From Mizuhopecten yessoensis (lineage: Eukaryota), in the NCBI RefSeq assembly GCF_002113885.1, contig NW_018480077.1:1153930-1217929 (forward strand): a DNA stretch of 64,000 bases. The letters run 5' to 3'. Of the stretch, positions 37,901 to 49,900 are shown one piece after another. The first letter of the stretch is position 1. Every line of letters begins with the position of its first letter. Both the position numbers and the translations under genes were made by a program. The notes beneath the pieces are model-generated. The model was given only the letters and a program-made list of their open reading frames with translations, was not told where the DNA came from and made no database searches.

Positions 37901-40900
37901 ACATTGGATAAACCTGCTAGAAGTTTGTAAACCTTTTCTGGTTACCGACTAGTGAGTAACACCCTGGACGTGATTTCATTGGTCAATTTTTTTACTTATG
38001 ACATCACGTAACAATGCTTTTTGACATCATTTTCCATTGTGACGTCATGTTCCATGGCAATTGTTTCCCCCATTGGAAAACCACATGAAATATTTTCCAA
38101 GGGGAAAATGTGGGATTTCAGATAAAATAAGAACGTTATGAGAGGAACAGGTCCCCAAACTCGTGATGATTAGTTATCACGCTTATCTAACTCTCGTTAG
38201 TTAATTTTCAAATTGTAAAAGACAATCGGTAAACCTCGTGTCTTTATACAATTTGAATATTAACTAACTCAAGTTAGAATAACATGATAACCAACCATCA
38301 CTCGTTGGGGAACCTCTATATCTGAACTTACATGTATAGGCCTATTCATATATTAGAACACTAATCCTTTCTTTCATTAACCCTGTCACCCCTGTGTAAC
38401 TTAAGTAGACTCTACTACGCATTGATCTGGATGAGTCCATTATGGTCTACAGTGGTGAAAAGGGTTAAGTGTACTTCTGAAAACTTGTAGTACTCTAGTT
38501 ACCGCTGTATATATATCGGTGTATCAGCTATAACACAAAATGCTTTAAAACAAGGTTACTACTAAGTAATTATGTTTAAGGTATTGTAATAAGATTAGTC
38601 TAAACACTGTGTGCCGTTAGTAGATAGACTTAATATTAAAATTGGTGGTGGAGGTATACAATTTTGAAATGTCAATAAAATACATGAAAGTTATTTCTGG
38701 ATATTGCTGTATGGGAGAAATGGGAGGCAGTTTGAATTAAACTTATGGCAGATATATCAATATTACATCACTTCACTTTTAAAAATTGAATGGGTGAGGA
38801 GATCACGGACACATAATATCACTTTTCATTTGTCAGAGATATGTACCTGCCATTCTCCCTGCAATCTGAAATAACCCTATTTGTGTAAAAAATGTTTTTG
38901 ATAAATACTCGATATCATCATGACCAACTATATTGTATACTCTATCACAGTATATAGGTATAGATAAATTCTGAAAGCACATAGACTTAGAAGTTGTGAA
39001 ACAGATGAAAAGTAGAAAGCGTTTAATTACTAATTTTAAACTTTATATCAGAATGCCCTTATTCCGTCTTTTTGTATTGCAGAGTTATCTGCTCTTGTGA
39101 GCAGGTATTGATTGTTAAGTCATTGGTTTGTGTTAGAAAATTACGTCGTTTTTTCAAAAATTGATGGCGTTAACGTTACTCTCACAAACAAATGACGTAA
39201 CAATCAATACCTGCTCACAAGAGAAGATAACTCTGCAATACGGAAAGACGGAATAACATTGAAACATGGTTAAATATTTAAAATGTTTAGTATCATGTTA
39301 AACTAAAGTTAATGTTAACAATTACACACTGGTTGACATAATGTGATGGTACCCTATAATTAGATATGTACAGAGTGGATAGCTTTTACACTCAAAAGTA
39401 CCTTAGTTTGAAGGGTACATAGTTCATGTTTCAAAATAACTAACCCAGAAACTAAAGTGATTCTTTTACATTGTTAAAATGTAGCAAAGACTAGGCCTCC
39501 TATAGTTGTTCAGAGGAGAGTACTTAGACCCTAGAAAGAGTTTTAATCATACAAATCCCAAACACCATTTAACATTTTAAGTTGCCAGCAAGTTAAAGAT
39601 GTGTTCATTTGAAACATGTAATATTCATTGTTTAATATATTTATTTTTTAAATCTGGAATCATTTTTAAACAACATTTAGTATCAATTTCATCATTTAAT
39701 TAAAAAGAAAATTGTTTTCAGATAATAGTTGCTTCTGTTTCTTTTAATCTTGAATAATTTACAAGTACATTTTGTTATTTACTGTAATTCATATTTTTTT
39801 TTAGTGTTGAACAGTGTTTATTATAATATTCTCCAGCACTCTTTGTTGTTGTATTAATCTTTATTCTTACATCTAATACATGTGCCATACGGCCCAGAGA
39901 ACTAAAGGAATTCTCACTAAACCTTAACACTTTGTGCCTATTCAGGTGTTTCTTTCTTATCAGAGGGGACCGGTAAGTGTGTTATTGTATGTTCAACATG
40001 CCGTCCTAGCTAGTCCCTAACAGCCCTAACCGTCCTAACTCTCAAATATTAGCATGGTGTGGAGAAAACATTACAACGATGTCTGTGTCACTAATTATAT
40101 CGCTCAACAGTTCTTATTTGAAATCAGATTTGTTGTTGATTATTGTATAAATATATATATATATGGTAATACCTAAACAAGATTTGTTACTGGGATTATT
40201 AAGGTAAATTTTAATATCCACGCCCAATGAAAGGCACCTTATTTGTCAGAGCATCACCAAGTGAAGTTTGACACAAGCTGTGTATGAAACACTCGTCTTC
40301 ACTGACTATATTATTTTTGTCTTGCATGTGAGAAGAATAATTTAACGACAGTAGCCCGTATCCTTCAGAGGTCATTGCTAGCAGATTTTAGATGACAAAA
40401 TGTGCTGTAACGTACGCTTGTGTGCAGATATCATAGATAGTTTTATGCATTACACAATACTGAGCTTGGGGAGTAGTCGCTTGTTTCTTTGTTTGAGTGG
40501 TTTTATGTCGCATCACTACTGAGTAGTTTGGTTATCCAGCAGATGATGCTAGGGGAGTAACAGATCTATATCTATATATATACACACATATAACAATTGA
40601 AGAGAATTTAGGAATATCTCTGTGGGTTAAATTTTGAAAAAAATCTTTCCTGACTGACATGCTGTTATCAAATTATCGCAGTAGAGATGCTGGTATATTT
40701 GATGTAACTCTCATTTTGCATAATTTGGTAGCCTAAAGAAGGGAACATAAACCAGGCAAAATTGTTTTCAGGTTGATAGACAATTAGGACTCTTGACTCA
40801 ACAATTAAAAACTATAGCATAAACTTTTAAATTCTAGTTTGACCTCCTGAAATCAAGGGACTATACTGTCTAAAGTGTCTAAATTTCTTGTTTAAAGTCT

Positions 40901-43900
40901 TAATGTATTTTATTACAGTATCTGTATATTAATGCCTGTCTTCAAGACTGGAAAATATTTCTATCTTGTCAAAGCTGACATCATATACCTATAACTGCAA
41001 AACCTACAAGCTTTATGTTTCCTGGTTGAGGACATAATGATGCCTATCTCTGATTATGCTGCATGTGACTAATCAATGAATACTTCGTACTGAAGGGAAT
41101 ATATGGGGCAGTGATTTAAATTGTCGATATTCATATACAACTTTGCTTTTACTTATTAGCAGGGCATAGATGAAAATGAGGAAAAAAAATGAATGTAAAA
41201 TGTGTTTGAGTTGTTAAATGTTTGCCGTCCCAGTAGTGGGCACTTTATAGTGATTAGATATAAGCAACTTACATCAGTAGGACCAAAACTCTGAGTCAAT
41301 CCCCAGCTCATGAACTCGCTATTAGTTTCCCATTAAACTGAACATCAGCTGACTTCCAAACAAGCTCGCCTTAACAAAGACTCAAAGTATTGGCAGTGTT
41401 TTGGCTGTCTCTTGGACTTGGTTTTTATGAATGAATATTTGAAAGAATTTTACAAGACCCATACTTACATCATTTTACAAATCTTGTCCAGTCATTCCAG
41501 GGAAGACTTCAGACTGTTAATCTAGGTCGAATTTTACCATTTTACTCTGTTTGCAATTACCAACGAGAAGTCATCCAAGCATTGGTTTACTGCTAGTTCA
41601 TCTGTGTATATGGTGTATACATGTTTACATCTTATAGTACATGTAGTAGGTTTTCCTCAAATGGAGTCAGAAGTTTTATTAGATTTTGTAAGTTTTATAT
41701 GTTTTGTCAGGATAGCTAAGCCATAGTACAGTATAGTAGAATATAGTGTGATATTTGAAATTCTGTGTGTGAGAAAAGTGAAATAGACAGCAGTACATGT
41801 CAGTTCTTAAGATAGGGGTGTGAAACAAGTGTCGTGGTTTTGCTGTATACTGGTAGTAAACTCAGCTTGAAAATCCAAGGGTTATGTTCTTGATAAATCT
41901 TCTCTACACCCAGGGATTTTCTCAGGACAGCATCAAAGTGCCTATATACGTATACCACCATGCAGGTGATTCAAATCGACCAGGTAGTCTGGATACTGTG
42001 ACAGAATCCATTATAACTGGGATCAAAGTGTAATGCTATGATTAATGATAAAAGTTAACCATGCTGCAGCACAAGGTAAAATTAACCAGCATTTTTTTTT
42101 TATCTTAAAGTACCTATTTGATACTCTTTAAAATACAGATACCATTGTCTGTCAGCTGCCTTGCGCTTGGTCAGGTTTTGATGTTTTGAACCAACCATGA
42201 GCCTTTGATTCCGTCATGAGAAAATCCAAGATTGCAGATCTAGAGAAGATATGTATAATGAGAATGTAATCCTAGAATTCAGATGTGATCAACTTTGTTG
42301 TTGTGCAACCCAGCATTGTTTTATAGACAGTACATGTATATAGCTATGGAATATCCATTTATGCATATATATACAGATTTATTTCCCCTTTTGTAAAAGT
42401 TTGTTAAAGCAGACTCTCTTTCCCTGTATACATGTCTGGTAAGGAAGAGTTACTTCCCCTGGATTATTGTATACACGTTTATGACTAGCTAAGACCACAT
42501 CATATGATAATCTTAAGATAACGTAGAATACATAATGTATTACATGGATGAGAATGATACCTGGAGCTACAACTTGTCTGATTTATACTTTAATGTGACT
42601 TTAAACATGGTAAATTGTTTCAACCTTACAACTTGATTAAAAATAGATCTTCAGGTCTGGTTAAACAATGAACATTTTGAGTGATAAATCCTAACATACA
42701 TTTTAATGTTAAAGCAGGCTTTGAAAGATCAACAACAACTTGGGTCAACTATACCAATAACACTTGCGTCAACTATACCAATAACACTTGCGTCAACTAT
42801 ACCAATAACACTTGGATCAACTATACCAATAACACTTGGATCAACTAAATCAATAACATAAAAGGAATAATTTAACTGTTGGACATACATTTTTATTTTT
42901 TAATTATTTTTTACACAAAAGCACACCCTTTTATCATTGCTTCACATATCCTTGTACTATCATGCATGTATGGTGGTGGAATATAACTACCTAGTGTTAC
43001 ACTGGAGCTTCTTTAAAAAGGTGATCTACCTGGTATCCTGCATATTACAACCTTGGAGCAAAGAATTACAGGATGGTACTGGAGCCACTGTATTTGGCTT
43101 TGTGTATTGTATATATGCAACATTGGAGTGTTGACGAGTGAACAATTATCATTGTTACTTTTCCTGAACTTTTATAATAATGATACAAAATCAGAACTAA
43201 TCACAAGTTAATTTTGTGAATAAATAATGATGTATAGATCGTGCTGTTTAATGAAATGTTGAAACTATATGAACTATTCTTAATAACCACAGACAACAGT
43301 TCATTAATTCTCTAGATTACTACCTCTTGTGCTAAAAACAGCCTAATTGCTTGATGGTGTAATTTACACATGCATACTTTCTAACTTAAGTTGTAGGAAA
43401 TACTGTGAATCACTCCATCAACCCAGTATTTATGTTGTTGCTATATAATCCCTATATATCAATGAAGAAAATATTGTAGGGGACTTAACTACTTCAAAAA
43501 CATGTATTGTATTCCTTATGATAGTTATATTGTTACCAACTGCTTTGAAAACAACTTTGAAAAGTCTAGTGCTATCCCTGAGCAACGTCCTTGTCTCATA
43601 TAACTACATAAATGTATAAAAAAAATCATCCTTTGAAAAGAAAAGTTGACTTAGAATTGAAGGCTTAAATTAACAAGAAATAATAAACGAGAATTTTTTT
43701 TTTTTTTTTTTTTTTTAATTAAAGGGGAAAAAAAAAAAAAAAAATTTTTTTTTTTTTTTTTTTTTTTAATTAAAGGTGAAATAACAAAGAAAAAATGGCT
43801 ACCACTTTATTAATTCTAGTCTTTAAAATTTACATTGGTAAATCTGTATTTTGTGAAATATACTGTTAGAGGATATTTTGTCTCCTATCACATCGCAGGT

Positions 43901-46900
43901 ATTGTCTTTGTAGATTCATCAGTGAGTTTAGGTAATGCAGAACACCAGTTGATGTATATCTATGACCCGGACATCATGCGTCGCCTCGTCGTGGAGCTCT
44001 GTCAGAAGTACAACCGATCACCTGCATACGTCATGTCCCTGAATGAGAAGTGGAAGGTCCCACGCGACATGCACCACATCATCATGAACCTCCAAGCCAG
44101 TGACAACCAGGCCTATGTTTACCTCCTAATCGGCAAGGCCAATCACTGCATGGATGTTCGGGTTGGTTATTGCCATAATTCAAAACTTAGTAGGGCTGCA
44201 AAGATATGCATACCTCACGGTACGATGCTTACAATATGAAACGTATCTCGATACAAATATCTGCTTAAAAGGTCAATTTCATAATGATTGAGTGCAGGAT
44301 TTTATTGAGTTTTGTCATAGATTTCAATAGTAGACTGCACTTTCGAAATATATTTTTATATAATTTCTAGTACTTTTGATTATGACTACACAGTAGACCA
44401 CATCTTTACTGAAGGATTAAAAAAAACTTTAAGTACATATTTTTAGAGCTCGATAAAAAATCAATTGATAATTTAAATACTGTTTGTGTATCGCTATACA
44501 GGTAAACAAAACAATTTGATTCGTATTGCGCTACGATACAATACGATATATCGTTGCAGCCTTAAAACTTAGACCTATGTATTTTAAATCATTATTTTCA
44601 CCTGTATGATTTATATCATATACAACTTTGACACGAATTAATTGGATTAAACTAAATTATATAAGTTGAGGTGAACCCATTCAAATATGTGTTTTCCTTT
44701 TCAAGTCTAAAAATAGGGCCAGTATGTAGGTTATATATTTTGACAATACATTTTTTTTATATAGACTGAGAGATCACATGGCTTTATCAATGCCCATACA
44801 GAAACTGTTGAAAAAAGGTCAGAGTAGGACAACAAAATGGGGGCAGTGACATACAGGAAACACTGGTTTTTGACCTGATCAAGAAGAGGGGGGGGGGGGG
44901 GGGGGGGGTGTCTCTTACTGTGGGAGGAAACTGGAGTACCCGGAGAAAACCCACGTGGTCGGGCAGGTGATCACCCCATACCTTTTCACGTCCAATTGGG
45001 GAATTGAACCCTGGCCGCCTTGGTGAAAGACAAGTGCGCTATCCACTGTGCCACCCGACCACCCTGAATACATGTATTGATTATATGTAGTGATTTCTCT
45101 TTGTCAAAAATGAAGTGTTGTTGGCAGTTAAAATTAGTTACAAAGTCATATTTTCTTAAAATAATACAATTGATATCTTGCTGGATAAATTGTTCCTCAG
45201 CGAGATTTGATTTTGATAAGCAGCTTTTGAAAAACAAAAAAGCACAAAATTAGACATAGCATATGGTGATCTGTGATCACAAGGAAAGAATAAGTTGATA
45301 CATATAACACACAAACCTACAATGTGTATATAATTTCCAGATCTATGACCGAGCTCGACAACTGCTGTATGTTGCTGACCGTGTTGTGGCAGAAATGTCC
45401 TACACGCTCTCCAAGCATGTTCGTTGGCACATCCTGCTAGCCGATCTTCAGCAGTACTTCCTGTCAGAGACTCTAGCTGAGCAAACTTCACTGAATGATC
45501 TGGTCAAGAAAACCAAGACATGCATCACCTGTGTACGACTTGGTCAGGGTAAGCTTGTTGTTTAAGAAATGATCAACATAGATGTGTGTATTATAGTAGA
45601 ATATTCAAGCAAGGTGAGAAAATAAGCGAGAAAAAGTAAACGAAAGCTGCCTTTAATTATGTGATCAGCAGTGATGGTTCCGCAAGTCACTTTGTATAAT
45701 CCTGTTTATCTATTAAAATGTGAGTTTGTTTGGAGATAATTTCTAAATTCTATCTAAAATCATTAGGGAGCATTGAAATTACATGAGTTAGTATTTATTT
45801 AGTTCCCCCTGACCATAACCTCACTGAGAGATTGAAAGGGATAATGAGCCCTGTGGTTGTCAATGCCTATTACATTCCTTCTAGTAATTTCAATTTTGTA
45901 TTTACCTGGGTTTGTTTCTTTCCCATCCACAATGCTGTCAAGGTGTACTGTCAAAATCTGTTGTTGTAGATAGGAAGTCCAGCACAAATAATCATGTTCA
46001 TCATAGTATATATGGTATCGTGTTTGATGACATCTGTTTATTGTTTACAGACGTACAGCCTAGTCGGATTGTGTTAGAGCACTGTGCAGCTTTCCTACTA
46101 AACATCCGTGACTGGCACTACCTCGCCAACATGGATAACTCTGGCTGTGGTCACATCGAGGTGAGCTCATAGCTCAAGTATCTGTAGATTTGGTTTCAAC
46201 AGGAAAATCAACTTAGTAATAACTTTAAGAAATAAACATTTAATTAAAAGTCTGTATGAAGAGATCATTTTATTATTGCCAGTTATAAATAATACTGTAC
46301 ACAGCTTTGATTTTGAAAAGTGTGAATTCTTTTTTATCACGAAATATGTTATTTAGTGTTGACCCTGCAGTTTTAAGATTGTAGGATATGTATACATAAC
46401 TAGAAATATTTACTATTGTACAGTATATGTTGAATTCTCGGCTGCACCTCATCACAAACATTTGGGGGGGAAAAATCAGCATACACGTCGTATGTTTAAT
46501 CATTCATATTCTAATATGAAATAATATCAAAACTATAAAATATGTGTATTAAATCATAAATATTATCAAAATAGATATATTATCTTGATATATCTGTCAT
46601 TAATATCCACTTGTAATTGCAATTTTCAGCTATGTCGTCTATTTTCCTGTGTTTGTAAAGAACTGCCGTCCATAAAAAATGCCAGAAAACCAGGGAGAGA
46701 TTTATGGGAAGCACGTAAGTAAGAGTTAAAACGAAGCAGCAACTTTTTGTATCCCATGAAATTAAAAATTATGTTATTTCTGATGCTTGTGTCAATGGTC
46801 TTATTGGTAGCTGTAAACATTATAAACATTATCATATTTATAGTTATTTCTTACAATAAAGATTGATTATCGATCTGTAAGTGAATATAAGAAAGATATA

Positions 46901-49900
46901 TATACCATTATTCTTCTCCCGATTTGCAAATATATATCGCAATAAGGCCGTCGTTGTTCTGTATCAATGACTTGACTGTTTGCTGTGAGTTTTGCCGATG
47001 TCAATTATTTAGCGACTATAATTTCATGTAATTCAAACAGGATTTACAATATTTATTTGTTCGAACTGACTGAAGGTTTACCGTATGTATCTATAAATGC
47101 TGTAAGTTTTATCAGTTCAAGATCAAGGGTTCCTGCTTTTTGATAATTTCATATAGGGTGAAGTAACATCCCAGGTTTGACCTGATGACACTTTTGGATG
47201 TCACACTTGCATTGACTATTTCTCACCACATCACACTTTTTAAGTTATAAGGCATCAATATTGTACTTATGAATAAACTCTATATTTAATGGAAACGTTT
47301 GAACATCCTCTGTTTAAACAAAGAAAATCGTAAACACAGCATATTTTTCATTTGGCTAGAACTGTTGTTTACATTTTTCTGAAAACTGTTACCAGGTATA
47401 TCTTTTAAATTTCTGTGACATATTCAACTATAATGAAAACCAGTTCCAGTTAGAAAGGTGGAATTGATGGTAGATTTTGTACTATAATAGATACATATTT
47501 TATATGCAGTGAGACATATATTCACAACAAGTACTCAACAAAACCGAGGGAACAGTGCTGCGAGGAACAGCGCCATACACAGAGAGGCAAACTACGCCTG
47601 TGTCACCAAGGACGCCTTCATAGAATTCCTCAAAAAGATCAAGGTAGGTCAAAACTTGTCGATGTGTGGACCATGAACATTTTTAGATTAATGGGGAATT
47701 CAAATTAACAGAGCTGAAATAAAATGTAACAGAATAACTTGAAATCCATGTCAGCGACCAGAAAATAATGAACAGAAAATAAAACTGGAAATTTGAGAGA
47801 TCGAAGTTTAAATCTATGCTGTATACTGTTTAAAATATAAGAATGTATGTATTGTGTGAAAAATTGTTTTTGAAATAATTGAACAAGATTGTAAATAATA
47901 CTGGTATGAACAGGTGTTCGTTAGCATTCATCCATATTAACAGTGTTTGTGATAGCTATATTGATACATTTGTATTGCTGTTCAGGAGCCAAGCGTTCTG
48001 TCTGTGCTGATATCTGTTATAACAAAGTACTACAACATATTGAGGGTGAGTAAATGTCATGTGAATCTCCCTCACTTTCCTAGATATCTATATGTACAGT
48101 TACACCTTACTCACCAAGATACCTTGGATTCAGAATTTAGAAATATAAGGTGTTTTTAATTGATTAAACAGGAATTGCACCTGAAAATTATTTTAAGTGT
48201 CGGGATAAGATTTCTTCATGATCAGAATCATATAGATTTCTCATTCTACCTGTGGGACTGCAACAATGTGCATTTGCAAACCAATGTGTTGCAGTTCCAC
48301 AATAAATTGCAAGGGTCAATTATAAATGTTCTACTGTGATATTATGCATGTGTATACAATCATTAAGTGCCTTAGGTTTTTGCTTCAGTCTGAATAATTG
48401 TTGTCTCACTGTTATTCTGTTTTCCTGTTTTCATTTCCAGGATGATATATCTTGTGAAATTTCTAGTGACTACATAGCCCTATGGCCTACTACATTGAGC
48501 AAGTAAGTTATTATCAAGATATTGAGTTTGTGTAATGAATTTTAAATCCTTTAACAGGATTACTATTTCACAGGCGTGAATGGAATTATGTCTTTTTCTG
48601 ATTTGACCTCTATATAGAATGGCCAGTCAAGATTGGCCTCTAGTGATTTTGCTTTACTACTGAATTAAATTGGTGGTGAACTGCTTGCTACAAAACAAAT
48701 AAAAAATCTTATGAAAATGTATCAGTTCTCTTTTGAGTTTTAAAATAGCGTTGTGTTGTTACACAATGTGTCATTTTGGATTAAAAGTAAAGTGTTACTT
48801 ACATAAACTAGCAACAAACAAACACAAAACCTGAATTAAAGCTGTTATTGATATGAATGTTCCTTTTAGAAGCTCTCTGATTGTGAGGTGGAATTGGAAA
48901 GCCTGTGCACGGGTGCACATTCAGTTTTAAACATGTTTATTATTTATCTACTTAACAAACCAGTTCCTCGTTGATCAATGGTGAAGCAGTGGAAGAAGCC
49001 CTGTCAGTATTAATGCAGCATGTCCTCCGTGTGAACCCGGCCCAACCCTCCTGGCTCCGAACCCAGGCTGACATACACTTCGGTAGGTACAGTACCAGTC
49101 CTGTCTGTATTAATGCAGCATGTCCTCCGTGTGAACCCGGCCCAACCCTCCTGGCTCAGTACCCAGGCTGACATACACTTCGGTAGGTACAGTACCAGTC
49201 CTGTCTGTATTAATGCAGCATGTCCTCTGTGTGAACCCGGCCCAACCCTCCTGGCTCCGTACCCAGGCTGACATACACTTCAGTAGGTACAGTACCAGTC
49301 CTGGATGGACAGAAAGTCTTAGGGTATTCAGAAGTATTTGAATGATGGTGTAGGCTGAGAGGCATGGATGGAAAAGTCTGTTAGAACTCTAACTAGTGGT
49401 GTCTTAAAATAATTGTTTAGATAGTGTTTACCTCATAGCAGCTGCAGTTTAACTATTTCATTTGTGCCAAATTTATTGTTATATGCAAACATGTATTTGG
49501 AATAAACAGAAATTGATGAGGGGTATTTTCCAGTACCCTGTCCTTTCTTAATGTGGTATTGATAATAAGTACATTGCATTTCAAATATTGTCAAAATTGT
49601 TTTACAGAAGACCGAACAAATCTGTAACAGTTGAATGATTAATCATTGAAGGTACTGAATTTGTTTTGTTTGTGTTTCAGCCAACAACCAGTTCTCTCCT
49701 GCTATGAAGTATTATATGGAGGCTGGTGTGGTGGCCTCAGACTTCTTCTCTAGTGCTGTACCCAAAAGTATATATGAGGACCAGGTATATATTACAAGTC
49801 ATGTCAGTGATTGTGGAATTACCTCACCTTGTATAAATTCATGTACAAATTGACTTAGGGGGACATTTTCAACAGCGATATGATATGTTTTGTTTATAAA

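Noticed and set aside
43693-43775. Duplicated poly(T)/poly(A) block
   Set aside because: Homopolymer slippage or assembly noise; no retroposed body is associated.
44990-45064. tRNA gene
   Set aside because: A and B boxes are present, but the sequence continues into a V-SINE core and lacks a proper acceptor stem; it is a SINE head.
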